A stretch of 64,000 nucleotides of DNA from Oligoflexales bacterium (GTDB lineage Bacteria; Bdellovibrionota_B; Oligoflexia; Oligoflexales; RGVZ01): positions 921,649-985,648 of the forward strand of contig CANLUT010000001.1 in assembly GCA_947494335.1 (NCBI GenBank), read 5' to 3'. This document shows, piece by piece, positions 40,100 through 50,298 of this stretch. Within the stretch, counting starts at the first letter, position 1; every line of letters starts with the position of its first letter. The translations under genes were made by a program, and so were the position numbers. The notes beneath the pieces are model-generated. The model ran no database searches and was not told the origin of the DNA. It was given only the letters and a program-made list of their open reading frames with translations.

Positions 40100-40116
40100 T
40101 TGAGAATGATTCTCAA
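40100..40116. promoter_or_regulatory. Candidate Fur box in the feoA / nfeD divergent region
   Basis: TTGAGAAT-G-ATTCTCAA is a perfect 8-1-8 palindrome. Its core TGAGAATGATTCTCA matches TGATAATnATTATCA at 12 of 14 specified positions. It lies 50-66 nt upstream of feoA. Confidence 0.5.
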
Positions 40117-40227
40117 GAAGTATTTTGGGAATGAATTCAGTCAGATTTAGTGGATCCCGCGAGGAGAAGGACGTAGCATATGGTCCAAGGGAAAGCAGGA
40201 TGACCAGTACTTATAGGGGGCTGATGC

Positions 40228-40662
40228 ATGTTAGGTTTTTCAGAAAATCCAGCGATCAATTGGGCTGTCCTTGGTTTGTTATTGTTGGGTTTGGAGATGT
40301 TTACCGGCACATTTGTGGTGCTCTTCTTCGCTATCGGGGCATTTCTAACAGCCTTGATCACATGGATGGTTGTCGTTGAGAGCATGCCGCTTCAAATCGT
40401 CGTCTTTACGGTGTTGAGTGCCGGCATATTATTCTACTTCCGCGACAAGATTCGTATTGGTGTCAAAGGTCGAAATAATGAATTGAAAGGTGATGTCGGG
40501 ACTGCCGTAACCATTGAAAGTGATGTGGCATCCGGCGGTCAAACCGAAGTCCAATATCAGGGCGTACGGTGGATAGCTGTAAACGAAACTGGTCAGACAC
40601 TTTTTAAAGGCAGTGCTGCGAAAGTTGCACAGGTCGACGGCGTTAAGCTGATTCTAAAATAA
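40228..40662 (+). CDS. NfeD-family membrane protein
   Basis: It has three TM helices and a C-terminal OB-like domain (GTAVTIESDVASGGQTEVQYQGVRW...). It lies immediately upstream of an SPFH gene. Confidence 0.8.
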   Translation: MLGFSENPAINWAVLGLLLLGLEMFTGTFVVLFFAIGAFLTALITWMVVVESMPLQIVVFTVLSAGILFYFRDKIRIGVKGRNNELKGDVGTAVTIESDVASGGQTEVQYQGVRWIAVNETGQTLFKGSAAKVAQVDGVKLILK

Positions 40663-40703
40663 CATTTTAAATTTCATATGATCATTTAGGAGATGGATTT
40701 GTC

Positions 40704-41627
40704 ATGATTGAGTCGCTGATTTTTTTGGGCGTGGTGGCGTTTTTTGTTCTGAGAACCGTGCGCATTGTGCCCCAGCAAAGTGCTTTTGTTGTGGAGCGTC
40801 TGGGGCAGTATAATCGTACGCTTAACGCTGGGATGCATATCGTGGTTCCATTTGTGGATTCAATTCGTTATCGGCACAGTCTTAAGGAACTCGTCATCGA
40901 CGTCCCGGAGCAAATCTGTATTACGCGTGACAACGTGCAGGTCAAGGTTGACGGCGTACTCTTTATGCGGGTGATGGATCCTGCAAAAGCAAGCTACGGA
41001 GTTAGCGATCACGTAGGCGCCGTTATTCAGCTTGCCCAAACGACGCTGCGTAGCGAGATGGGAAAGCTTGAACTCGATAAGACATTTGAGGAGCGCGACT
41101 ACATTAACACAAGCGTTGTCCGCGCGATTGATCCAGCAACTGATCCTTGGGGCGTTAAGGTTCTTCGTTATGAGTTGAAGTCTATTCAGCCACCCCGCGA
41201 AATTTTGGATGCCATGGAGAAACAAATGCGTGCAGAGCGCGAAAAACGCGCCAAGATTCTTGAATCTGAGGGTGACCGCGATTCAAAAATCAACCGTGCC
41301 GAGGGCGATAAACAGGAGATCATCAAGGGTTCAGAGGCGGAAAAACAGCGCCGCATCAACGAGGCCGAAGGTCAGGCGTCGGCTATTAAAGCCGTTGCCA
41401 ACGCCACCGCGGAGGGCTTGAGCATGGTTGCATCCTCGATGAATGGACCCGGAGGCCGGGACGCCGCGCAGCTGCGTGTGGCTGAAGAATACGTAAAACA
41501 GTTCGGTGCCATGGCCAAGGAAACCAATACAATGATCCTGCCTGCCAACCTGGCAGACATCTCTGGTCTTGTGTCGGCTGCCATGACTGTGATTAAAAGC
41601 CAGCCCAATTCGCAGCCTGCAAAATAA
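40704..41627 (+). CDS. SPFH/stomatin-like protein (paraslipin/QmcA-like)
   Basis: It has a TM anchor and a Band-7 core (VPQQSAFVVERLGQYNRTLNAGMHIVVPF...TRDNVQVKVDGVLFMRV...). Confidence 0.9.
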   Translation: MIESLIFLGVVAFFVLRTVRIVPQQSAFVVERLGQYNRTLNAGMHIVVPFVDSIRYRHSLKELVIDVPEQICITRDNVQVKVDGVLFMRVMDPAKASYGVSDHVGAVIQLAQTTLRSEMGKLELDKTFEERDYINTSVVRAIDPATDPWGVKVLRYELKSIQPPREILDAMEKQMRAEREKRAKILESEGDRDSKINRAEGDKQEIIKGSEAEKQRRINEAEGQASAIKAVANATAEGLSMVASSMNGPGGRDAAQLRVAEEYVKQFGAMAKETNTMILPANLADISGLVSAAMTVIKSQPNSQPAK

Positions 41628-41656
41628 CTGGCAGGCTCAATGGTGATTCGATTCAC

Positions 41657-41938
41657 CTAAAATGGCGTATCATCATCACTATCGTCAGAGGTAAGAGCCC
41701 TGGAGCTTTGCTCCGGGGTGTTTTTTTCAAAATCAACTCGAAGTTTTTCAACTTTAGCTTTAGTGGCATCCAAGCGCTCACGCATGGTGCCAATCAATTT
41801 GTAGCCGTGTTCAATTTTATTGACGATGTCGTCCAGGTCTAGCTGCCCTTGTCCCACTTGACGAACGATGTCATCAAGTTCCGTAAGCATAGCTTGATAG
41901 GTTTGTGATTCTTTGCTGCCAGTCTTTACCTTAGACAT
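41657..41938 (-). CDS. xseB: Exodeoxyribonuclease VII small subunit
   Basis: YQAMLTELDDIVRQVGQGQLDLDDIVNKIEHGYKLIGTMRERLDATKAKV is XseB-like. It overlaps the xseA stop. Confidence 0.85.
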   Translation of the reverse strand: MSKVKTGSKESQTYQAMLTELDDIVRQVGQGQLDLDDIVNKIEHGYKLIGTMRERLDATKAKVEKLRVDFEKNTPEQSSRALTSDDSDDDTPF

Positions 41939-43598
41939 GATTTTTAGTCTCCTTTGCCGATTCGGATTTAATCATTCGTGAGGGACGCTTTTCAATTTCG
42001 TTAACCGTCATCCGAAGCATGCCATCGCGCAGTCTTGCCTGAACGTTGGACCCGATACTTGTATCCTCGGAGGATAGCAACGGCTTACCATCAAGGCTCA
42101 ACTGGGTCCAACCACTATCTAGCCACGGACTTGGGTCAAGGCGTGTGAGCTGTTGTTCGCGAGCAAACAGTGCTTCCGCAAACGCTTGTAACTGTCTATT
42201 GGCAAAATGGTTTAGATGGGCGGCGATTTGCACAAATCGGGATTGCTGATGCCCATAAGTTTGGTCGAAGCTACGCTGTAGGTACAATGTCCATTGGACA
42301 AGCCGTTCACGGTGACGAGAGAAATACGAATCGGTCACCTGGAGCAGTCTTTCCCGGAGGTCTGTTTGCAATCGATCAAAGCGCGAAATCTCGCGGTCCA
42401 GCGCAACCGCTAGAATATGAGCTCGTTCGTTGATTTGGCTTCGTGTATCACGAAAAACCTCAAGAATGCGGTCGGCCGCAGCGGTTGGAGTCTTTTCCCG
42501 AGTGTGGCAGATTTCTTCGGCAACGCATGTGTCCTCGTGATGTCCAATAGCGGCAATAATCGGGATCGGGCAGTGGGCTATAGCCAAGGCTATTTCCTCA
42601 CCGTCAAACCATCGAAGATCAGCAGCACTTCCACCACCCCGAGATAGGACAATCACGTCCGCGTCGGCTTCGATAGCCTTTTTTATCGAAGATATGACCT
42701 CGCTTGGAACACGTTCACCTTGCATTGTGCAGGGAATAAATAGAACCGTCCCAGGGAACTGGCCTTCATCCAGAAGTTGATGTTGAAAATCTGTCTGGGC
42801 CCGCGATCCGTCTGCAGTGATCAATGCCACTTTGAATGGAAACGGAGTCATACTGACGCTTTTGTTCTTTCGATCAAGCCCCTGTTGACGAAGCTTTTTA
42901 AGTAACTCCAGGCGTGCTAGCGCCAAAGCTCCTTGGGTGAATGCGGGGTCAATGTCCTCAATTGTGAGGCTCAATTGGCCGCGGTCTTTATAAAGCTTTA
43001 CTTGCACCAAAGCTCTGAGCCGGTTGCCGTCAGCAAAAACTTGCTCTATTTTTTCCTTAGTGTGTCGTTTCTCAAGCCAAGAGATCGTGTTGTTCCACAC
43101 ATTGCACTTGATCGTCATCGTCGCAGTTTGATGTGAGCCAGCTTTGGCGTCAGCAAAATCGAAGTAAATGGTTCCTCCGCCGCGGCGGGTCAAACTTTGA
43201 ATTTCCCCGACAACCCAAATGGGAGTTGGGAATCCTTGGCTTATGACTTGCTCCGCTTGGTGCATCAGCTGGGAAATTGTCAGACCCATGGCTGGGTCAT
43301 GAACAAACGTAGTATCGGAAGCTGCCGATCCATTTTTAGGGGGGTCATTTTTCGCGGAGTCTTCGACTTTTGCGCCGTGGGACTTGGCAATCTGTGCGGC
43401 GCGTTCGCGCATCGTGTCTGAATTCGGTACGGTCCAGGTTTTATCTGCCCCGTTGAAGCGGGCTCCTAGTGCTTTGATCGCGGGACGGTGATTGAACGTA
43501 TCGCCAAAGAATACGATTAGATCACCTTCAACTTTGAAATATAGAGCCATAGGTGGGGCATGATAGACCAAGGAGCCTGATTCTAGAAGATCTTTCAA
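41931..43598 (-). CDS. xseA: Exodeoxyribonuclease VII large subunit with ~100-aa N-terminal extension
   Basis: The XseA body starts near residue 105 (LTISQLMHQAEQVISQGFPTPIWVVGEIQS...) and contains ...LSRGGGSAADLRWFD. The extra N-terminal module is described in the findings. Confidence 0.85.
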   Translation of the reverse strand: MKDLLESGSLVYHAPPMALYFKVEGDLIVFFGDTFNHRPAIKALGARFNGADKTWTVPNSDTMRERAAQIAKSHGAKVEDSAKNDPPKNGSAASDTTFVHDPAMGLTISQLMHQAEQVISQGFPTPIWVVGEIQSLTRRGGGTIYFDFADAKAGSHQTATMTIKCNVWNNTISWLEKRHTKEKIEQVFADGNRLRALVQVKLYKDRGQLSLTIEDIDPAFTQGALALARLELLKKLRQQGLDRKNKSVSMTPFPFKVALITADGSRAQTDFQHQLLDEGQFPGTVLFIPCTMQGERVPSEVISSIKKAIEADADVIVLSRGGGSAADLRWFDGEEIALAIAHCPIPIIAAIGHHEDTCVAEEICHTREKTPTAAADRILEVFRDTRSQINERAHILAVALDREISRFDRLQTDLRERLLQVTDSYFSRHRERLVQWTLYLQRSFDQTYGHQQSRFVQIAAHLNHFANRQLQAFAEALFAREQQLTRLDPSPWLDSGWTQLSLDGKPLLSSEDTSIGSNVQARLRDGMLRMTVNEIEKRPSRMIKSESAKETKNHV

Positions 43599-43920
43599 TG
43601 TATGAGTTTGAACTGAAGCGCGGTCTCCTGAAGGTGAGTTTTCAGGCTGTTGGCGAGCTCAATTCTTTGATCAGACGAGCGCCGCTTAAAACTATAAAAA
43701 AATCAGTACCTTTGGTGGTTTGATTCAGGCAATGAGTCGGTCCGTCCTTCGCAGAATGGGCGCCTGTTTCTTTGTCAAGATTCGAGGGCACTCAGAGTGC
43801 TGGTAGCTATCAGAATTTATTGGCATAAACTCTTTTATTACCAAGAAACTTAATAAATGATCAAAAAGTACCGATACCCCTAGTCGGCTCGGAATGGGCG
43901 CTAAACTGGGGAGGTTGGAA

Positions 43921-45942
43921 ATGAAGGCTAAGACTCTTTTAATTTGTGGATTGTCACTTGCACTTTTATCGGTGACTGTTGGGTGTAAACAGCCCGATGC
44001 TTCGCGCCTGAAAACTCTCGATAACTTCGCGGCAGGGAAACGAGTCAAGACGAACGCCTGTAGCGGAGATCCTGCGCTTGCAAATCTGGACGGTCTTGAT
44101 GTCGTTTTAACATCATTAAAACAGCGTATCGACTATGAGACCAAAGCTGATAAAGCAGCAATTGAACGTGCTGTGACAGAATCGTTTGCAGCGGTCCCGC
44201 CCGATGTTCAGAATTTATTTCTGATGCTTAACGGAAGGATTTTAGTCACAGATAATGCAAACGGTGTTTGCACTGACATGGATCGCCAAATGGCGCAAGG
44301 GATGAATAAGACTTTGAAGTCAGACGAGCTGGCTGCGTTGAGAGAAGACTTGGACAAAGTTACATCTTGCTACTTGTTTGGAACGCCAAGTTTAACCAAG
44401 CGATTAAAAGGTCAAGAGCGACAGATGCTAACAATCGTCGTCCCTGGACTTGCGGCAGAAATCCAGCATTCGCTTGTTCGTAGCGTAGGCTATCTTGTTT
44501 CAAACGTGTTTTCTCATCTGATCTACTCCGAGGGAGACGGAGTCATAACCTGGATCTCAGAAGAAAATCCCTCATTCACTAACAAGAAAGAAGAGATTGC
44601 GGCAGCGTTCTTAAAAGACGTTGGCGCATCTTCAAACGCATCTCGTTTTGCTAAGTATCAAGCTGGTGGTGCTGCATCTAAAGTGGAACGTAAAAGTTTT
44701 GGAAGTTTCGTTTATGCAGAAGCTTTTGACTCCTTTTATTGTAATGGTCACGCCAAGGATTCCAAGAATACTCGCAAAGTAATGGTTTCGAGCTTTCCGA
44801 ATACTTATGGAGCTTTTGTCGGGCATAAGACCACTGGCACTGTGACAGCTGCCAAAATTCCTGATGGTTTCGCAGCTAATGCAGCTGACACAATTGATGT
44901 TGGTTCAATTAGCAGCCGCCCCAACCTACAGTTCAGGGAAAAATTGGTTGTTGTCGATTGGCTCACGGAAGCAGTTAAAAATCGAAAACCAAAGTCTGGG
45001 TCAGGAGGCGATTCCAAAAATAAGGAAGGATTTGCCCTTAGCGGTGGTCTCCTTGGATGGGCGAGTGATGCATGGAACGGCACATATAATGCTGTAAATG
45101 AAACCGTGCGCGGCGCTGGCGTTCTGTATAACGATTATTCCGATCGCGTTGGTCAGGCGACCCAGGCAGCTATGGATCAATATAGTGCGGGTGGTCGCAC
45201 CCCTACATGGGGCCAGACAGCAATGGCAGCCGTACAAGGTGTTTCGGCGGGAACGGGCTACACTGATTATTACAATAATACACAAAGAGCCATCGATTCC
45301 AGGATCAGCCAAGGTCAATCCATAACTCAAGCGGCGTTTGGGGGAGTGTCCGATACAACTGGCTATACTGACAAATATAACGAAATTGCAAGTCGCACTG
45401 ACAATATTGCGACGCAAGTGATGTCTGATCCAAGCTACAACACATATAGTCCCCTTTACAAAACAGTTTTAGGTGCCTCAACTGTTGCAAACGCTATCGC
45501 TCCAGATGTAAGCAAGCTTCCGAAAATTGGCGACTACGTAGGTGCTGCTCAGAATTTCGTGACAGCAGGTGCTGGGGGCGGATTTGACGCAGATGGTAAC
45601 TATAAAGAGGCAACCTCGTCTGAGCGTTGGGGTGCCCTTGGCTCAGGTTTATTTACCGTTGGTGATAAGAGTGGTTTTAATGACGCATTCACAAGCGCCG
45701 TCACCGACAGGGGGATGTCAGTCCTAGCGGATGCAGCCGTCAGCGACAATAGGTATATTCGCTCCGTGGCCCAACCGGTGGCGGATGTTGTGTCAGTGGT
45801 AGAAACAACGAAAAATGCATACGACAAGGCTTTAAAGACCAATGAAGTCTACAATGACCTCAAATCGGTTAGTAGTGCTATGGAGCCATTTAAAGTCGTG
45901 TCAGACGGCCTGACAACGTCATCAGGCGATAGCGACGAATAA
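43921..45942 (+). CDS. Large hypothetical lipoprotein
   Basis: A GGAGG RBS precedes the start. The lipobox is LLSVTVGC. The C-terminal third is G/S/T/Y-rich with an internal GYTD(Y/K)YN repeat. No domain recognised. Confidence 0.6.
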   Translation: MKAKTLLICGLSLALLSVTVGCKQPDASRLKTLDNFAAGKRVKTNACSGDPALANLDGLDVVLTSLKQRIDYETKADKAAIERAVTESFAAVPPDVQNLFLMLNGRILVTDNANGVCTDMDRQMAQGMNKTLKSDELAALREDLDKVTSCYLFGTPSLTKRLKGQERQMLTIVVPGLAAEIQHSLVRSVGYLVSNVFSHLIYSEGDGVITWISEENPSFTNKKEEIAAAFLKDVGASSNASRFAKYQAGGAASKVERKSFGSFVYAEAFDSFYCNGHAKDSKNTRKVMVSSFPNTYGAFVGHKTTGTVTAAKIPDGFAANAADTIDVGSISSRPNLQFREKLVVVDWLTEAVKNRKPKSGSGGDSKNKEGFALSGGLLGWASDAWNGTYNAVNETVRGAGVLYNDYSDRVGQATQAAMDQYSAGGRTPTWGQTAMAAVQGVSAGTGYTDYYNNTQRAIDSRISQGQSITQAAFGGVSDTTGYTDKYNEIASRTDNIATQVMSDPSYNTYSPLYKTVLGASTVANAIAPDVSKLPKIGDYVGAAQNFVTAGAGGGFDADGNYKEATSSERWGALGSGLFTVGDKSGFNDAFTSAVTDRGMSVLADAAVSDNRYIRSVAQPVADVVSVVETTKNAYDKALKTNEVYNDLKSVSSAMEPFKVVSDGLTTSSGDSDE

Positions 45943-45962
45943 GCACTAATTCAAATGAGCCA

Positions 45963-45993
45963 AAAGAGCTAGGAGTACCCTGGCTCTTTTTTT
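45963..45993 (+). terminator. Probable rho-independent terminator
   Basis: AAAGAGC-13 nt-GCTCTTT is followed by a T-run. Confidence 0.5.
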
Positions 45994-46089
45994 AATTGAT
46001 GCAATTTTATGTCTAATGGCGAATTACAGTTTAGCCAGATCAATGGGTGTAAACGATCATGATTAAACTGAGTGTTTTTGACATCCCAT

Positions 46090-47490
46090 TTATCTCCTAG
46101 TGCTTGGTCTCGACGACCCTTGATTTGCTGGCCTGGGAGATCTTTCAGAATTTCGAGCGTTCCGATGATGTGGTTTGCGTGAGGAGTGAAATGCTCCGCG
46201 TGGAGGTTTAGGCGGGATGGGAGCATTGGCGCCCGCCGTAAATGGATGATCGGTGACCACAGGAATACGCTTTCGCGTGATCTTTTCGACGTGAGCTAAA
46301 TACTTCTGTTCTTCGAGATCACAGAATGACAAAGCGATTCCGCTAGCCTCTGCGCGCCCCGTTCGTCCTATCCTGTGGACATAGGTTTCAGGCTCATTTG
46401 GCATTTCAAAATTGATAACGTGGGAAATAGCATCAATATCGATGCCGCGAGCAGCAAGATCACTGGCAACCAGAATTTTGACTTTTCCGCTCCGGAATCC
46501 TTCAAGTGCTCGCTGGCGAGCGCCTTGGGATTTATTGCCGTGGATGGCAGCTGCTTCGATACCTGAGTCATTTAAGAATTTTTCCAGTTTATTGGCATTG
46601 TGTTTGGTGCGCGTGAACACCAGAGCTCTGGTTACATTTTCAGACTCTAAGATATGTAGCAGCAGTTGACGCTTATCGGCACGGCCAACCAGATACACAC
46701 GTTGCTCGACTTGTTCACTGGTGGATGATACCGGAGCAACCTGGACTTTTATGGGTTGACGCAAGATTGAATCGATTAGTCCTTGGACTTCCTTTGGGAT
46801 CGTAGCGGAGAAGAGCAGGTTTTGGCGGTTTTGCGGTAAAACTTTTAAGATACGCTTGATATCATGAATGAAGCCCATATCGAGCATGCGGTCGGCTTCG
46901 TCGAGAACGAGAATGGATAGACCTTGAAACGAGACGGCGCCGCGGTCCATGAGGTCAAGTAAGCGTCCTGGCGTGGCAACCAGAATATCGACGCCCCGCT
47001 TTAAAGTCGAAATTTGAGGTTCAATACCGACGCCGCCAAAGACGACGGCCGATTTCAGAGGCAAATTCTTACCGTATGTTTTGAAACTATCGGCAATTTG
47101 CAAGGCTAGCTCACGTGTGGGAGCCAGAACTAAGGCGCGGACGGCTCGCCCGCGTGATGGCTGGGTCGTGAGACGATGCAAAATTGGTAGAGCAAACGCG
47201 GCGGTCTTTCCGGTGCCAGTCTGAGCGCAGCCTAAAAGGTCTTTGCCAGCTAAAACAGGTGGGATGGATTTCTCTTGGATTGGTGTCGGCGCAGTGTAAC
47301 CTTCGGCCTTCACAGCGCGTAGGATGTCCTCCATCAAACCAAGGCTCTCAAATGAAGTGGCTGCAGCAGGTGGAGCAGGGTTTTTAGGGTGCGGCTTGCT
47401 CGTGGGCAATGGGTTGGGCGGTGTTTTGGTTTCGTTGGGGTTGTCGGTCTTGGTTGGTTTTGTCAGTTTTTGAAAGATTTTGAATACCAC
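46090..47490 (-). CDS. DEAD-box ATP-dependent RNA helicase (RhlE-like)
   Basis: It has AQTGTGKT, PTRELA, VLDEADRMLDMGF, SAT and HRIGRTGRA motifs. Both termini are basic and low-complexity. Confidence 0.92.
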   Translation of the reverse strand: MVFKIFQKLTKPTKTDNPNETKTPPNPLPTSKPHPKNPAPPAAATSFESLGLMEDILRAVKAEGYTAPTPIQEKSIPPVLAGKDLLGCAQTGTGKTAAFALPILHRLTTQPSRGRAVRALVLAPTRELALQIADSFKTYGKNLPLKSAVVFGGVGIEPQISTLKRGVDILVATPGRLLDLMDRGAVSFQGLSILVLDEADRMLDMGFIHDIKRILKVLPQNRQNLLFSATIPKEVQGLIDSILRQPIKVQVAPVSSTSEQVEQRVYLVGRADKRQLLLHILESENVTRALVFTRTKHNANKLEKFLNDSGIEAAAIHGNKSQGARQRALEGFRSGKVKILVASDLAARGIDIDAISHVINFEMPNEPETYVHRIGRTGRAEASGIALSFCDLEEQKYLAHVEKITRKRIPVVTDHPFTAGANAPIPPKPPRGAFHSSRKPHHRNARNSERSPRPANQGSSRPSTRR

Positions 47491-47654
47491 TTGGTTCCTT
47501 TGATTTATTTGCCTGTAATGATGTAACGTTAAGAACGTGGTGCCGGATGTATTTCAGGCAGGACGATCACAGGAATAGAGATCTCTTGAGTTAACGGAAT
47601 CCCGGAAGTTTCACAACGTAATTATGTAAGTGCCCGCTGACACAGAGGATTTTA

Positions 47655-48128
47655 ATGCGGATATGGATTGACAATGATGGTTGTCCGGCTTTGGTGCGAG
47701 ATATGGTCTTTGCGGCAGCAAGGCGTCGCTCATTGCCGGTAACAGCTGTTGGTAACTCTCAGCCTAGAGTTCCAGCCGGGGATCTTTTTTCAGCTGTGCG
47801 GGTTCCTGGTGGGTTTGATGCCGCCGATGATCACATTGCCGAAAACGTTAGTGACGGTGACCTCGTGATTACATCAGACGTGCCATTGGCGAGCCGCATT
47901 GTCGCAAAAGGGGCGATTGGACTAAATCCTCACGGTACAATTTTCAACGCGGCATCAATAGGCGATCAGCTGGCAACGCGTAATTTAATGCAGGAGCTTC
48001 GAAGCGGAAATATGACCGGAATGCCCTCAGGTGGCGGACCTCCACCATTTGACGATCGCGCCAAGAAGCGGTTTGCCGATGCCTTGGATCGGATTGTGAC
48101 AAAAATGGCGTCTGATCGGCGGCCGTAA
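47655..48128 (+). CDS. YaiI/YqxD family protein (UPF0178/DUF188)
   Basis: MRIWIDNDGCP...GFDAADDHI...GDLVITSDVPLA closely parallels E. coli YaiI as I recall it. Confidence 0.85.
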   Translation: MRIWIDNDGCPALVRDMVFAAARRRSLPVTAVGNSQPRVPAGDLFSAVRVPGGFDAADDHIAENVSDGDLVITSDVPLASRIVAKGAIGLNPHGTIFNAASIGDQLATRNLMQELRSGNMTGMPSGGGPPPFDDRAKKRFADALDRIVTKMASDRRP

Positions 48129-48316
48129 GGTCTGACATTAGAGACCTTCGTATCGCGGAATACTGAAATAATCCCCGGAAACGACCGGGTAATTCATCGA
48201 AAGATGTCTGATCTTTAATGATAGGGGTTGATTGTCCGCGGCGCGGTCATTCGCAAAAGATCGAGCCATGCTGAGGGCGTGGTAGAATATGTGATGACTC
48301 AATAGAGGGATTTTGC

Positions 48317-49933
48317 ATGGCTGCCGTTAGTCGCGACGATACATGGGACTACGTTATTATTGGCTCTGGATTTGGCGGTTCAGTGAGCGCGCTGCGCCTA
48401 GCTGAAAAGGGCTACAGGGTTTTAGTGCTGGAGCAGGGGCGCCGGTGGCGCGATCAGGACTTTGCGAAGACGAACTGGGATTTTCGTCGCTACTATTGGA
48501 TGCCTTTCCTGCGCTGTTTTGGTCCCTTTAAGTTTTCATTTTTTAAACATCTCATGGTTGTTCACGGTGTAGGTGTTGGTGGCGGTAGTCTTGTCTATGC
48601 CAATACACATTTGCGTCCCAAGAAAGCATTTTATCATGCGCCTGAATGGGCTGACCTTGCAAATTGGCAAGAGGAGCTTCGTCCCCACTATGAGACTGCA
48701 GAACGGATGCTGGGCGTGATTGACTGGGAAACAATGACCCCGGCTGATCACGTGTTAAAGGAGGTGTCCCAAGACTACGGCACTGACTTTACTTTTGGTA
48801 TGGCGAAAGTAGCGGTTTTCACTGGCGAGCCGGGAAAAACAGTTTCTGACCCCTACTTTAATGGTGAAGGCCCTCCGCGAACGGGTTGCACCCATTGTGG
48901 TGGCTGCATGATTGGTTGTCGTGTGGGTGCCAAGAATACGCTCGTTAAAAATTATTTATATCTTGCAGAGAAGCGCGGCGTGCAGGTGCAGGCGGAAACA
49001 CGTGTACTTGATATTCAAACTGCTGGTGTCGAAGGCTACAAAATCAAAACGGAACGCAGCGGCACATTGTTACCTATAAAGTCCACTATTTCTGCCAAAC
49101 GCATCATTGTGGCGGCAGGGTGCATTGGTACAATGAAGCTGTTGCTGCGTTGTAAATATGTGACCAAGTCTTTGCCAAATTTGAGTGAGCACTTGGGTAA
49201 ACAGGTGCGAACCAACAGTGAAGCGATTACGGGCGTCCTTGAGCGTGATCATAGTTCAGCGCGAGACCACTCGAAAGGGATCGCCATCACCAGCCATTTT
49301 ATGCCTGATGACGTAACGACGATAGAACCAGTGAGATACAGTCGCGGAAGTGATTTTATAAGACTATTAGTGATGCCGGCAGGTGATGGTTATCGGGTGA
49401 TCTCTCGCGTGTTTAGTAGCATGCGTGCACTGTTATCCCGTCCATCAGATTTGTTAACGATTTTTAAGCCGGGGGATTGGACGAAATCGTCTTTTCTTCT
49501 GCTTGTGATGCAGCATTTGGATAACCGTCTTAATTTTTCAATCGGTCGAAGTTTTTTCACCGGATTTCAGCTGGGTCTTACAACAACGCCTGCTCAAGGA
49601 ACGATGCCTCCGACTTATATTCCTGTAGCAAATGACGTCACGCGGTCTGTGGCTAAAAAGCTCAACGCCATTCCGATGAATGGTTCCCCGGATGTGCTCC
49701 TAAATCTTGCCACTACAGCGCATTTGATAGGTGGAGCCTGTATCGCTGCATCTCCAGATAAGGGCGTGATCAATATGAAGCATGAAGTTTTTGGTTATCC
49801 TGGCATGATGATTTGTGATGGTTCGGCCATACCAGCAAACTTAGGGGTGAATCCGAGTCACACTATCATAGCGATGACCGAGCGTGCGATGAGCTTCATT
49901 CCGCCGAAGAATGGAGATTCGAGGTCGGCGTGA
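48317..49933 (+). CDS. GMC-family FAD oxidoreductase (cholesterol-oxidase-like)
   Basis: It has an N-terminal YVIIGSGFGGSVSALRLAEKGYRVLVLEQG and a C-terminal ...GMMICDGSAIPANLGVNPSHTIIAMTERA. Confidence 0.8.
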   Translation: MAAVSRDDTWDYVIIGSGFGGSVSALRLAEKGYRVLVLEQGRRWRDQDFAKTNWDFRRYYWMPFLRCFGPFKFSFFKHLMVVHGVGVGGGSLVYANTHLRPKKAFYHAPEWADLANWQEELRPHYETAERMLGVIDWETMTPADHVLKEVSQDYGTDFTFGMAKVAVFTGEPGKTVSDPYFNGEGPPRTGCTHCGGCMIGCRVGAKNTLVKNYLYLAEKRGVQVQAETRVLDIQTAGVEGYKIKTERSGTLLPIKSTISAKRIIVAAGCIGTMKLLLRCKYVTKSLPNLSEHLGKQVRTNSEAITGVLERDHSSARDHSKGIAITSHFMPDDVTTIEPVRYSRGSDFIRLLVMPAGDGYRVISRVFSSMRALLSRPSDLLTIFKPGDWTKSSFLLLVMQHLDNRLNFSIGRSFFTGFQLGLTTTPAQGTMPPTYIPVANDVTRSVAKKLNAIPMNGSPDVLLNLATTAHLIGGACIAASPDKGVINMKHEVFGYPGMMICDGSAIPANLGVNPSHTIIAMTERAMSFIPPKNGDSRSA

Positions 49934-50298
49934 AAGAGATGATGGCAGTTTTTGTTGGTGGTGGTCTTGGCACGCTCTTGCGCTGGCAGTGTCAGTCTTT
50001 TTTGAATAAGCCTGAGCATTGGCCCTGGGGAACCTTAACGGTGAACCTTATTGGCGGTCTCGCCGCCGGTTGCTGTTTAGCTTTAGCAGATCGCTTATCC
50101 CCGGAGACGAGGCTTTTTGTTGTGACAGGGGTGCTGGGAGGACTGACAACGTTTTCAGCGCTGTCCTACGAGATGGTTGCAATGATGAATCGTGGTGAAC
50201 ACGTGTGGAGTCTTTGCTACGGACTTATTAGCCTGACTCTTGCCACAGCATTTTGTTGGCTTGGATTTATGGCGATCAATCGTTTGGGGTCTTTATGA
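49930..50298 (+). CDS. crcB: Fluoride ion channel CrcB/FluC
   Basis: It is a 4-TM protein of ~120 aa with GGLGTLLRW and GLLGGLTTFS motifs. It overlaps the upstream stop. Confidence 0.85.
   Translation: MKEMMAVFVGGGLGTLLRWQCQSFLNKPEHWPWGTLTVNLIGGLAAGCCLALADRLSPETRLFVVTGVLGGLTTFSALSYEMVAMMNRGEHVWSLCYGLISLTLATAFCWLGFMAINRLGSL

Noticed and set aside
48129-48316. A fluoride (crcB-motif) riboswitch upstream of the operon containing crcB
   Set aside because: I could not recognise the conserved crcB-motif core by eye. A covariance-model search is needed to be sure.
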